Source: Antedon mediterranea
Taxonomy: Eukaryota; Animalia; Echinodermata
Direction of reading: 5' to 3'
Length of the DNA stretch: 64,000 nt
NCBI RefSeq assembly: GCF_964355755.1
Contig: NC_092671.1
Location: 16,926,001-16,990,000 of the forward strand
Shown here piece by piece: positions 1-13,359 of the stretch. Numbering within the stretch: position 1 is the stretch's first letter; each line of letters opens with the position of its first letter. The position numbers were made by a program, and so were the translations under genes. The notes under the pieces are model-generated. The model was not told the DNA's origin, ran no database searches, and was given only the letters and a program-made list of their open reading frames with translations.

Positions 1-200
1 TTTCATCGATGCAGTTTTCATCGACGCAATTTTCATCGATGCAGTTTTCATCGACGCAATTTTCATCGACGCAATTTTCATCGATGCAATTTTCATCGAC
101 GCAATGTAAATTGCGTCGACGCAATCTACATTGCATCGACGCAATCTACATTGCGTCGATGCAATTTTCATCGACGCAATTTCATCATCGACGCAATTTT
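1..200. repeat. 15-bp tandem repeat (TTTCATCGAYGCART), probably subterminal repeats of a DNA element running off the window
   Basis: About 12 visible copies; they produce the spurious 'QFSST' ORF. Confidence 0.8.
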
Positions 201-859
201 TATCATCGCCAAAAACTTGTGTAAAACGGCGTTCCATAAGTGACGAATCGCATATTCGCCGTTTATTGTTGAGGCGCGTAAACAGTGTGCGCAATGCACG
301 TTTTCTTCCCATGACGAGACGAATCGATATTCGACTCTTCGTGTGACGAATAATCGCCAAATTATAATTAATATAATTAATTAATGAAATAAGATACGCA
401 GTTGATGTTTGCATCAATTGTTCTTTAGAATAAATACTTTCGAAATACAAAACAAAAAATGTGTGGTGAGTGACGATATGTTCAATCATGGACCTATAAA
501 TTACTAATTTATAGGTCCATGATTCAATATCTGTAGCTTCAATTCAAACATAATGTAACAGAAAATTCGAAGCGTAAAAAACGTTCGTTTACACAACACT
601 TTTTTTATACTTTATTATTGATTATTATATTATACAGGAATACTATTTATTTCCTCATTTCTACCCAAGAATAAACAATTTTTGGATACAAAACTTTGTG
701 AATTACATTACCAAAATATTAAAATGAGGATAAAAAAACATCGCGTAAAATACTCGTACTCAAAAGCTTCTGAAATTTGTAGATATATGTCATGAAAAAG
801 AAATTTGACATTCCCAATAATTTTTTTTGGCAAAAATGTAATATATGAAACATACAATT

Positions 860-2700
860 TACATAGTTTATCATTGTTTTTTATTAGAACCAATATGGTT
901 ACACAGTTAAACATAGTGATAAAGAATAGATACTTGTTAGGTTACTACCCTACCCTCTAGTTTGAAGCGACATTATAAATTCATCGAGAAAAAAAACGTA
1001 TCGTATTCAGAAACGTTTGACATTTTGTATAGATATGTTCAATAAGACAAAACAAATTATAAATTTCAAGACAAATCGATGATTTCCATTATTTGCATTT
1101 CTAAAAATTCACACTTATGAAAAACCATACATTTTCAACATTTCCTTTTTTCTGTGTACCGAGTTTAGAAACTTTTTGAATATATACCAGACGTATTTTT
1201 TTGTGATGCTTTTTCATTTGAATTGTAGTATAAAATGTCATTGAAACGAGATAAAAATCATACAAGACATGTTATAATAGGTTGCTCTATATACATAACA
1301 AAATTAGTTCTTTTTTTTGGTAAGAATCGCCAATGAAGTAGAAAGTTATTTCAGATGTAGTGTGCATTTATACGTCATTAATAGTAGGCCTAAAATATAA
1401 TATTAAATATTATAAAGAATATCAAACATTTTATGTTATGAAAAATAAAATTGACATATAAGTTTATCATTGTGTTTTACTATAACCATTTTGGTTAAAA
1501 GTTAAACACAGTGAGTGATAAAGAATAGAACTGTTTTAGTTTATTTAACCCTAACCCTAGTTTGAAGCGATCACATATTTAATATTCATCGCTAAAAATA
1601 CGTATCGTCTTGAAAAACGTTTGATATTTGGTAGATATGTTCAATATAGGTTCTTACATCTATAATGCAAAAGAAATATCCTAATAGTTTTATTTTGATT
1701 TCTGAGAATCATCAATGAAGTAAAAATGTGTTGGAAATGTATTGTCTTTCATAAGTGTAAATGTTTAGAAATGCAAATTATTAAAATCACGAATTTGTCT
1801 TGAAACTTTTATTTTTTGTTTGTTTTATAGACGTAAGAACCTATTGAACATATTTACCAAATTTCAAATGTTTCTGAATACGATACGTATTTTTTCGCGA
1901 TGAATTAAGTATGTGATCGCTTCAAACTAGGGTTAGAGTTATATAACCTAAAACAGTGTCTATTCTTTATCATTGTGTTTAACTGTGTAACCAAATTGGT
2001 TCTGTAAAACAAGATGATAAACTATGTAACTTGTATTTATTATTATTACATTATATGTATCCTATAATGTAATATGAAAAATAAAATGTACATAGTTTAT
2101 CATTGTGTTGTACTAAAACCAATTTGGTTAAAAGTTAAACACAGTGTTAAAGAATGAACTGTTAGGTTATTTAACCCTAACCCTAGTTTGAAGCGATCAC
2201 ATACTTAATTCATCGATAAAAATACGTATCGTCTTAAAAAACGTTTGAAATTTGGTACATGTTCAATATAGGTTCTTACATCTATAATGTAAAAGAAATA
2301 TCATAATTTGTTTTATTTTGATTTCTGGGAATCATCAATGAAGTAAAAATGTGTTGGAAAATGTATGGTATTTCATAAGTGTACATTTTTAGAAATGCAA
2401 ATTATTAAAATCACGAATTTTTTGTGAAATTTATATTTTTTGTTTGTTTTATAGACGTAAGAACCTATTAAACATATCTAACAAATTTCAAAAGTTTCTA
2501 AATACGATACGTACTTTTTCGCGATGAATTTATTATGTCGCTTCAAACTAGGGTTAGGGTTATATAACCTAAAACAGTATCTATTCTTTATCACTGTGTT
2601 TAACTGTGTCACCAAATTGGTTCTGTAAAACAAGATGATAAACTATGTAACTTGTATTTATTATATTATTACATTATATGTATCCTATTCTTTTCATAAC
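860..2700. repeat. Complex foldback/duplicated region sharing the hairpin monomer of the adjacent satellite
   Basis: About 1420-1830 recurs at about 2075-2470. Blocks containing AACCCTAGTTTGAAGCGA recur in inverted form (TCGCTTCAAACTAGGGTT at about 1917 and 2538). Confidence 0.7.
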
Positions 2701-4956
2701 GTTTAGATAATAAGATATGTTTAATATAATATTTTGCTATGTAAATAATATCATATAATAAATGTTTCATTATCATTGTGTTTTACTGTAACCAAATTGG
2801 CTATAGTAAAACACAATACTAAATTTGTATGTAAATGTATCATATTATTATATGTTTCCTATTCTTAATTTGTGTTTTACTGTATCCAGCACAGTGCTAA
2901 ATATCATTTATCATAGTTAAAATGTTTTACTCTAACCAAATTGGTTATAGTAAAACACAGTGATAAATTACTATGTAAATGTCATTTATCATATTATTAA
3001 ATGTTTCATATTCTTTATCATTGTGCTTTACTCTAATCAAATTGGTTTTAGTAAAACACAGTGCTAAATTTCTATGTGAATGTCATTTATCATGTTATTA
3101 AATGTTTCCTATTCTTTATCATTGTGTTTTACTCTAACCAAATTGGTTATAGTAAAACACAGTGCTAAATTGCTATGTAATGACATTTATCATATTATTA
3201 AATGTTTCCTATTCTATATCATTGTGCTTTACCATAACCAAATTGGTTATAGTAAAACATTGTGCTAAATTGCTAGCTATGTAAATAATCATTATTATTA
3301 AATGTTTCCTATTCTTTGTCATTGTGTTTTACTCTAACCAAATTGGTTATAGTAAAACACAGTGCTAAATTGCTATGTAATGACATTTATCATATTATTA
3401 AATGTTTCCTATTCTATATCATTGTGCTTTACCATAACCAAATTGGTTATAGTAAAACATGGTGCTAAATTGCTATGTAAATAATCATTATTATTAAATG
3501 TTTCCTATTCTATATCATTGTGCTTTACCATAACCAAATTGGTTATAGTAAAACACAGTGATAAATTGCTATGTAAATGTCATTTATCATATTATTAAAT
3601 GTTTCCTATTCTTTATCATTATGTTTTACTTTAACCAAATTGGTTATAGTAAAACACAGTGCTAAATTGCTATGTAAATGTCATTTATCATATTATTAAA
3701 TGTTTCCTATTCTATATCATTGTGCTTTACCATAACCAAATTGGTTATAGTAAAACACAGTGATAAATTGCTATGTAAATGTCATTTATCATATTATTAA
3801 ATGTTTCCTATTCTATATCATTGTGTTTTACTATAACCAAATTGGTTATAGTAAAACACAGTGCTAAATTGCTATGTAAATAATCATTATTATTAAATAT
3901 TTCCTATTCTTTATCATTGTGTTTTACTCTAACCAAATTGGTTATATTAAAACACAGTGCTAAATTGCTATGTAAATGTCATATATCATATTATTAAATT
4001 CCTATTCTTTATCATTCTGCTTTACTTTAACCAAATTGGTTATAGTAAAACACAGTGCTAAATTGCTATGTAAATGTCATTTATCATATTATTAAGTGTT
4101 TCCTATTCTTTATCATTGTGTTTTACTCTAACCAAATTGGTTATAGTAAAACACAGTGATAAATTGCTATGTAAATGTCATTTATCATATTATTAAATGT
4201 TTCCTATTCTATATCATTGTGTTTTACTATAACCAAATTGGTTATAGTAAAACACAGTGCTAAATTGCTATGTAAATAATCATTATTATTAAATATTTCC
4301 TATTCTTTATCATTGTGTTTTACTCTAACCAAATTGGTTATAGTAAAACACAGTGCTAAATTGCTATGTAAATGTCATTTATCATATTATTAAGTGTTTC
4401 CTATTCTTTATCATTGTGTTTTACTTTAACCAAATTGGTTATAGTAAAACACAGTGCTAAATTGCTATGTAAATGTCATTTATCAAATTATTAAATGTTT
4501 CCTATTCTATATCATTGTGTTTTACTCTAACCAAATTGGTTATAGTAAAACACAGTGCTAAATTGCTATGTGAATGTCATATATCATATTATTAAATGTT
4601 TCCTATTCTTTATCATTGTGTTTTACTCTAACCAAATTGGTTATAGTAAAACACAGTGCTAAATTGCTATGTAAATGTCATATATCATATTATTAAATTC
4701 TTATTCTTTATCATTCTGCTTTACTTTAACCAAATTGTTTATAGTAAAACACAGTGCTAAATTGCTATGTAAATGTCATTTATCATATTATTAAATGTTG
4801 CCTATTCTATATCATTGTGTTTTACTCTAACCAAATTGGTTATAGTAAAACACAGTGATAAATTGCTATGTAATGACATTTATCATATTATTAAATGTTT
4901 CCTATTCTTTATCATTGTGTTTTACTCTAACCAAATTGGTTATTGTAAAACACAGT
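2700..4956 (+). repeat. Satellite array A, 96-101-bp monomer with internal palindrome, about 22 copies
   Basis: CCAAATTGG recurs at 4031, 4132, 4233 and 4329. Monomer core is TTATCATTGTGTTTTACTCTAACCAAATTGGTTATAGTAAAACACAGTGCTAA. Confidence 0.95.
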
Positions 4957-4984
4957 ATATTTTACCGCAAAATTGTTTATACGT

Positions 4985-5105
4985 TTATTTTGATTGGCTA
5001 ACTAAAGTACGGTCTAATGAATATTGATATCAGAAGATTCCCTAGCTTAGTGAAAAAGTTTTATTACCAAAAATATGCTGATTACGTCACTACCGGAAGT
5101 TGTAG
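4985..5105 (+). promoter_or_regulatory. Likely TTLL12 core promoter
   Basis: Reverse CCAAT (GATTGG, about 4992), CRE-like TTACGTCA (5082-5089) and ETS site CCGGAAGT (5093-5100), about 500 bp upstream of the ATG. Confidence 0.45.
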
Positions 5106-5607
5106 TCTAGCATGATGCAGACGCAATTGATTATGTACGTTTGTTAAACATATAAAAAGCTGTAAATTACCACAAAACGACAATAGGAAAGAATTCAAAG
5201 AAATGCCCTACGTGTTCAAAATCATTGTTTTAATATAGTCTGTATGTATAACTAACAATTGACCTTGTGGAAGAGCGTATAAATTTAATTTAAAGTAAAA
5301 CATGATTTACTCGCCAATTTGGTATTGGATATATAGCTCCCTTAAAAAGAAAAATGTCTGATCAATTATTATTAATAATATTAGAAATTGTTTTTAATTG
5401 ATTTGAATTAAATAAAAAATTATGATACAAATCAAATAAAACTTTATTGTGTTAAATATTTACGTTTGTTTAAAATAATTATTTTTTAGAAATAATTGTT
5501 AAATTGTAACTTTTTACAAAAATAAATCGAGTAAAGAATGTCAGAGGTTACTTAATTTTAAAGCACATGTGAAAAGAAAGTTACGTAAACAAACTTGGCT
5601 TGAGATC

Positions 5608-8600
5608 ATGAATAATATGATGTCGGTCGAAGGTTTAGATGAATCATTTCGATCATTTATAGAAGCTCACTGTGCCCAGTTAGAATCAAATGAAATTCCC
5701 TCATATTTATGGCGCAAGCTAATGTATAAATTAGACAATGAGGTTAGTTAACCCCCAACACAACCGGCATTAACAACTCGTTAGTTTTGGTTGGGCAGGC
5801 CTTTCTTACTAACTAGATAGAGGAGGCCTAGTTAGAAAGATTAGTAGGCCTGGTTTCTATCTAAACATCAGCAAATTTTACTGCAGTCCGAATGCAAACA
5901 GGGATAATAAAAGTAAATAGAAATGTAAGTGTAGTCTAATGCAAAGACAAACTGTGTTGCGTGTTATAAGATACTCCACTGGACTGCCTCGTCGTCCTTC
6001 ATTCAGGTGAGACATTAAGCCCATCCATGACATGATCCATAAATGTACATAAAAGAACGCTATATACTGTACTATGTACTAATAATAATAGTTACAAATT
6101 TATTGTTAATACTCCTACTTTATTTTTTTATTAATAATGATTAATTAGGGCCTATAATAATTTATTTACATTGATTGATTGTCAAATATTATGGTTTACG
6201 TTTAATAGTTTGCATTTTAATTTGTGACCAGATTTACGATGCTGGAGGAATGTTTATGTTGACACATGTAAACGATGATGAGAGCAGTGAAGAAGATTGC
6301 GATGAAACGGATTTGAAACTGTGTGGCGGTAGTGGTGGACTAAGAGTAGTAGTTTGCAGGGAAGAAGGCATTGAAAAACTTGATCATAATGGGTGAGGAG
6401 GATGCAATACTAATTGCTTAAATGCAGTGATGTAATTATTGTGCTGGAGGGGGAACACCCACTTTTTAAGTCATCCACCCATCCTAATTTCAACATGCGC
6501 CAGCCACCCAAACCTCTGGATGTTTTAATAGAAAATACCCTTTTGACACTCGCTGCTTAATTACATCCCTGCAAATGTATATAATATGACAAAACACAAT
6601 ATAATTGTGGCGAAAGCAAGCTTGTTTCCCACCAGGACGGAACACAAGGACTTAAATCGCAATGCAAGTAATTTGTCCAATCACAATCGATGGATTATCC
6701 GAACTGTTGGATTGTCATTGGTCTACTCGCTTGCATTACAGTATATACATTTATTAATTTCTATCAATTAAGCTTACGTTCTTGTGTTGCATCCTAGTGG
6801 GAACCAACCTCTAGAGTACTGCATACTTTTTCTTTTCATCTAAGACACAAATCTTTGTTGTCCAATCATTATATATTTCTTATACATTGATTTAAATTAA
6901 CCATTAACCAAAAGTCCCATCTTCAAGTATGTGTTCAATTGTTTGTCTAAAAATAAGTTGAAAAAAATGTATTATTTTTAAGGATATATCTTGTTGATCA
7001 TGCATGGACTTATCGAAAGAAAACTGCAAGGAAAAACCTGGAGCAGATACAAGGCTTGTTGGAGCGTATGATGAGTTTAATGGATATAGAACCCAAGGAT
7101 GACAAAGATGAAAACATTGAAACAGTAATGCAAGAGATGTGGAAGTTCAATCTCACTTATCGCCTTGGTAACAAGGTAAACAGACTTGTTGGAATTTAAC
7201 TAAATCATAATATATAGTATATGTATACCATTGTCTTTTGTGCAACTTTTTGATTCCATTTCTAATATTTCTTTTTCTTCCTATGTTAACTCTTTTAGGG
7301 TGCGTCTGGAGAGGAAAGGGAACCAATTTGGTACATGATGGATGAATTCGGAACAAGAATACGCCACTCTGAGGAACCCAACTGTAGAGTTGTTCCATTT
7401 CATTACACGCCAACAGGAATGATGTTCTCCTTATTAATTATTACTAAAGATCTAGAGTATGGAGGTATTACACATACAAAGAAAAATGTATCTAAAAAGC
7501 ACCACTGATAATGAAAACTATCATTATCTCTCTACTTTAATTACAGATGAAGTAACTAGAGACTACATTCCACATCAGAAGAGGAAGGAACTCCGCCCAA
7601 TCAGTTTGTTACCATGGAAACATCAAGATTTTACATCAATTGATCCTACGACGAGGCCAGTCATTAGTAAAGAGATGCTGAAGGCGGTCTGCAATGAAAT
7701 AAAACCCAGATCATTCACTCAAGAGGAAACTAAAAATATCAGGCTGCCGCCTAAAGATGTTTACAAAGTTTTTACAGATTCGCCACATATTTTCTTATAC
7801 TTGAAAGATCCCAAGTTTGAAATAGTTCAAGATAAAAATGAAGCAGATATTCTTTGGCTTGATCAAACAATTAAAGATTATAAGTAAAGTATTTATACTC
7901 ATTTGCTATTAAATTAGTTTTTCGATTATTTATTTGTCACTAAATAGTATGAAGAATACCAATTTATTCAGGTATCAACTCACCTGGGCACAAAACAAAT
8001 TTGGGAGGCGGGTAGACATGTAATGGGATACAAACTTTTGAAATAATGTATCCATTCATAAAGCACATTTATAGTGGTTTTTACCTCAGTTTCACTTTTA
8101 GTTTAAAAAATCAATCATTAGCTTAGTATAATATATTGTTTGAAGGTTTGCATGGCAAAATCAATATGTTGATATCAAGTTTGCAATACACCACGTATAT
8201 ATAGTTCTGGAAAGAACTGTACCGTAAATTTTATATCAACACAGCTCAGTATACGAACACAGATCAACTTTATTTCATCCTTCACAGGAAATTTACATGG
8301 TCACAGTTCAAGAATACAATAATGATTTTGAAAAACATTATTTTACTTATTATATGAAATATCATTTTATATTTTAGTGAGCCTGTTGAGAAAGGCCAAT
8401 TTGTTTGCCAGTTTCCAGGTGAATCTCTTATAACAACAAAAGACATGTTGACGTATGTGGCCAGACGTTCATCCAAGCAAACATACGGACCGGACTGGCT
8501 TCCAGTTACATTTGATTCTGATCACATGCTTCCTCAGTTTGTTTCCTATTTTCAAGCTAGAGAGAAAGAGTGCGTTAAATATAAAACAGGTTTATAATGA

Positions 8601-11562
8601 GAGGTTTAGAATGTAATCTGTATAGATTATAAAGTATTTCATAAGAGGATGAGAATCTAAGTGGGTGAGTGGCCGAGCGGTTAAGACAGTGGAACCGTAA
8701 TTACGTAGCCATAACATCGGCAGGGGTTCGAGGCTCACTCACTCCATGGTTCTGTTGGTAGAACGAGTCTTCTCGTATAAGGACTATAAACCGTAGGTCC
8801 AGTGTACACATCTAGCTCGTGTGCACTTTAAAGAACCTATTACATCTCTCGAGATGAGTAGGGGTTACCCCGGTGTATTATTACATTACAGCCACTGATC
8901 ACCAACTGGGCCCTCTGGGAGACCAGTCTTTGATTGAAGAGGTTACCCAGTATAAATATATATTTCAACCCCTAGCCATCAGCGCCATCTTGGTGGTCTA
9001 GAGATAGGAATGTCAGACTAAAAATATGGCGATTGTGCGTTTAAGTCCCACCCGAGAATTACTGTCAACTTTGTACAGTGTTCTCGATGTACTTAGTATA
9101 AAGTACAAAATTACGTCAGAGTAAGGCAAACATTATATAATAATTATTATAGATATCTTGTACTAGGATAATAAATAAATGAACATGATATTTACAGTGT
9201 TAATTATTATTAATTATTATTAAAAATTATTATTACAATATAAAATACAAACCTACAGCTATTACTTATTAATAAAAAATGTTTGTAAAAGTAAAAGATC
9301 GCTCAAGAGTAACTCTCGTAATCACAGTTAGTAACTATTTATTGATTTTATTATATTTTTATAGAGGAAAACCAAACTATTACATTTGCAAGGCTTATAA
9401 CCTCGCAAGAAGTCTTGACAGTCATATAACAACTGATATAAACAGTATTATACGCCAAACTGAGCTTCTACCCAAGGTAACAAATATATAGTGAAAACGT
9501 ACTTAAAAAATCTTTCAGAAATACAGTAAGAAATTTATTCAGATTAAGTCATAATTTATTTTAATTTATATGTTTCTTGTAGGTTATATGCGAGTACATT
9601 CATGATCCGGTTTTATTCTATCGGTCGGACGTTGGCCACGTCAAGTTTGATTTTCGGTACATGCCACTGCTCATGTCTGCCAAGCCATTGAGTTTGTATG
9701 TGCACGAAGATTTTTACGTCAGATTCTCCAACAGGTTAGATTTTCACAAGAAACTTGTATCGGGGAACAGCGCGTAGCTTGTTCCACGTAGAATCTGTAT
9801 CTATCCTGTATAGTGGTCATAGCTTAGTCTAGGTCCTAGACTGTATTTCAACTTAAAACATTGAAACGTCAACATAAAAATAACAATAAATACAGACTTG
9901 GAACAAGTCTATGGTTAGCCTTGTTTTCAACTTGAAAGTAATTTCATTCAGATTCTAGATAAGATAATATTTTCAAATAACATTATCTATTCTTTAGATC
10001 TACATTGATGCTCTTTTTTTTTTCAGGCCTTACTCATTGGATCATTTTGATGTTTATGAAAAACATTTTACCACTATGAATTATGATGACGAGGTTAAGC
10101 TACATCATGTACGTTTAATTAATAATGCAATATTTATGTTTTTTAAGGAAATAAAAGAAACCTTTTTACTTGCATGTATGTAATCCAGAGAATAAGAACC
10201 TAGTGCATCTTCCAAGATGAGTAGGAGGTTACCCCGGTGTACTAGTACATCACAGCCACTGATCATAACTGGGTCCTTTGGGTCAAATCAATTCAACCAT
10301 CTGCGACTATACTCAAATAAGTTCTGCACAGTATAGCAAGATGATGATGATGATGAACTATATGTACTGTCCACCTCCAACATGGGTGCTCAGCTCTGAT
10401 GATGATGATGAACTATATGTACTGTCCACCTCCAACATGGGTGCTCAGCTCGTGCAGCAATTCTTAATGTTATACGAAATTTGTACAATTTAATTTAATT
10501 TGAATTTTTCTCAAACATAAATCTATAATATTATGTAAAAAAAAATATTATGTCGTCAGTATTGGTTAGTAAAATACCGCAATGACAGAATATTCACATG
10601 TTAACTAATGATATTTATAATCTATTAAACAACATTCAATTTATATACCCAGTGCGATCGTTTAAATTTGTTCATTTAAAAATAAATTTAGTGCAACAAG
10701 TTTTTTTTCACAAGTTTAAATGGTTCAGATTGCGCATAACATTGTTTTCTTTCATTATTTGCTCAGCTTCCATGGCAGAATTTCATCAAGGAATGGGAAG
10801 AGCAATACCCAGAATTCCCTTGGGAAGACATTCAACAGAAAGTATTCCAGATGATAAAGGAATTTTACTGTTCAGCAGTAACGGGAGAGCAGCATGATGC
10901 CATTGGACATTGTCCATACTCTCGGGCAATGTATGCGCTGGACTTGATGTTGAGCTGGGAGACTGATGATAATGGTGGGTAAAGTGTAGTTTAGAAATGT
11001 ATAGTTACACAATTCTCTCCTTTTGATAACTCAATTATAATAAAAACACACACTTGCACTGTAATTTTTCAATAAGAATCTTATAATATTATGTCTGAAC
11101 TGGCGTAATGGCTATGAGTACTCACCAGCTAAACCCAGGGTGCCCGGAGCTTACATGGCCCCTGAGCAGGGCCCAGAGGAAAAAACATGTACAGTATTAA
11201 AATATATGCTAAAAACGCCCAAGGCCTCCACTGATGGGGACCACTTAGGATCCTTAAACCAGGAGCCTCAGGCCTCTGCGTAACGCCACTGTATACAAAA
11301 ATAAAAATAGTATGTTCAAAATGCTTTTTGATTTCAACACACTTAAGTCAAGTTAGGACTTAAGTTCGGATTGTATCCCATGCTTTTGTTTGTTTTGTTT
11401 CTTTCTTTAGGAAAGCGTTACATGCAGCCTAAACTACTCGAGTGCAATTACTGTCCCGACTGTCACCGTGCTTGTCAATACAGACCTAGTTACTTTGACT
11501 CGGTTTTCCGCGCACTATTCCTGAACGAGACAGAAGACCAACCCGTTATTAAGATTGTGTAA
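5608..11562 (+). CDS. TTLL12: Tubulin-tyrosine ligase-like protein 12. Exons 5608-5742, 6232-6392, 6983-7175, 7299-7464, 7547-7883, 8378-8569, 9365-9476, 9583-9734, 10027-10108, 10767-10974, 11411-11562
   Basis: GT-AG phase-consistent splicing gives the TTLL12 motifs IYLVDHAWTY, WYMMDEFGTRIRHSEEPN, DEVTRDY, NLARSLD, KFDFRY, YALDLML and ECNYCPDCHRAC. Which start Met is used is uncertain. Confidence 0.93.
6619..6812. mobile_element. MITE, PIF/Harbinger-like; same family as 23433-23590
   Basis: Imperfect TIRs GCTTGTTTCCCACCAGGACGGAACACAAG / CTTGTGTTGCATCCTAGTGGGAACCAACC. Confidence 0.55.
8131..8242. mobile_element. Internally deleted copy of the hammerhead-bearing element at 25147-25310
   Basis: Shares ATATTGTTTGAAGGTTTGCATGGC...TACACCAC...AGTTCTG..AAGAACTG. 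Flanked by AGCTTAGTATA (8120-8130) and AGCTCAGTATA (8243-8253). Confidence 0.7.
8661..8968 (+). mobile_element. tRNA-derived SINE with Deu/Nin-like central domain, full-length copy
   Basis: A box TGGCCGAGCGG and B box GGTTCGAGGC, then TAAGGACTATAAACCGTAGGTCC...TTAAAGAACC...GAGTAGGGGTTACCCCGGTG. Multiple copies in the window. Confidence 0.85.
10190..10290 (+). mobile_element. 3' fragment of the Deu/Nin-like SINE
   Basis: AAGAACCTAGT...GTTACCCCGGTGTACTAGTACATCACAGCCACTGATC matches 8830-8905. Confidence 0.7.
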
Positions 11563-13359
11563 GACTGACGAAAACGAGTAAACTACTGGTATTGGTGAAT
11601 TTATAAAGGAAACTAAGCGATATGTATTTTCTTTTTGAGCGAAAACGAACCATGAACTATTGGAACGAAATGTTACATGGAAACAAGATGACTACAAAGA
11701 AACAAAAACTATTACAAATTATACCATTTCTATTTCACTTTTTTATTTCATTTTCTCATAGTAATTCATACAATAATTAAAACTAGGGTGCCTTATTTAA
11801 ATTAAATGCAAAATCACAAAAATAATATACATATACATATACGGATACGAAATAACTGAATGTCTAAAAATATTAAAGGCCTAATTATAGCACCAATAAA
11901 TTAAAAAAAATATAGAATATACAAATGTCTTTTGTTATTTTTGGTTGATTAATGATACATGAAATCCAATATACATGAATACAAATATCTAAACTATCTA
12001 GAAAAAAACTAAAACAACTATGTCCGTCTAATAACTAAGAAAGACCAAGTCATAAAAATATATATGAGTGTTAAAATTTACAGGTCTTTCTTCAACTAAA
12101 GGATAATTGCTTTTATTTATTATTAGTTATTAAATGGATAAAAAAGATATTAAAAATGTATAGTACAGTAGTAATTATTTCCACTACTAAATCATGAATG
12201 TGTTTAATTGAAAAAAGACCTGCAATAACACAATATTGATTAATCATGACGTAAACATAAATTTTAAATTTCAAAATTATTATCCATTCTTTGTACAAAG
12301 CAATATGGATACATGGCAACGTGTATTACTGAAAAACAGCCATCAAATGTTTATGTCATGCTTTAAAATTCACACCAACCCCAACAGATTTTATAGTCAT
12401 AATTTCATATTTTGCTTTTTACAAATTTAAATTGGTATGAAACTGAAATAAATTCTGTAATGTATTCATTAGAACTTTGTCAACAGCTCAGGATCTTATG
12501 TTGGTTATCTTCAATATTCTGTCTACATCCACATGAATCTGGACATTTTTCCATATACAATGATGAAAAACGTGAATTAAAAATTGGACCTATTGTTCTG
12601 CCATGCACTTGAAATATAGCAATGTTGATCATCCACTGGATTTCATATGTACAGCAACTGAGCACATGTCTTGCAATACAGAATGCCAAATAACATACAA
12701 TAAATATTCTTAACCACGAAGATATTGTCAGACACCAACATAAAAACAGCCATAGTATTAATAATACAGCAACTGGCCAGTCACCTTATCAGCCTTAATT
12801 TGTTTTTGGGATTAAACGTTAGTTAACACAGACACAAGCATAAACATTATATATTGTATACATTTCAACAAAAAAGGAAAAAAAAACAAAACGGTTATCA
12901 ATGATGAAAAGTGTAAACATAAATACAAAATATTTTAATAATTTGTACATAATAAATCAATGATGATATGATATGAATAAATCACCAGTCACCTGCAACA
13001 AAATATAAATCCCATATTAATAATACTTACGTCACCGTCGAACATTAACACTGTAAACAAGGTCCATTTAGTCAAATTCATAATAGATTTTCACCATGAC
13101 ATCTGAGTGTATAAGTTCATGCTTGCAAATATTCAGTCTAATATATAATCTTGTTCAAAGTCCAGTAGGTACAGTAGGTTCATAAAAAAATGTCCGAAAA
13201 TATTTATTGTTTTAAATAATCAAACTGTCATTTTGTACTATTTATTGTTAATTATACAATATATGTTCAAAATGACAAGTTTTATTCATATAAAACATTT
13301 TTTTTTTCTTTTGTAAATATATTTCTTGTATTCAAGCCCTGGTGATACATGTGGACTGC

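Noticed and set aside
1545-1560. TAACCC telomeric repeat
   Set aside because: Only about two units, embedded in a dispersed repeat; not a telomere or interstitial array.
2700-4956. Palindromic regular repeats resembling a CRISPR array
   Set aside because: The intervening sequences are also repeated (no unique spacers), there are no cas genes, and the context is eukaryotic.
12412-12689. Overlapping short ORFs between the convergent genes
   Set aside because: No recognisable domain or coherent splice model; most likely ZFC3H1 3' UTR or intergenic sequence.
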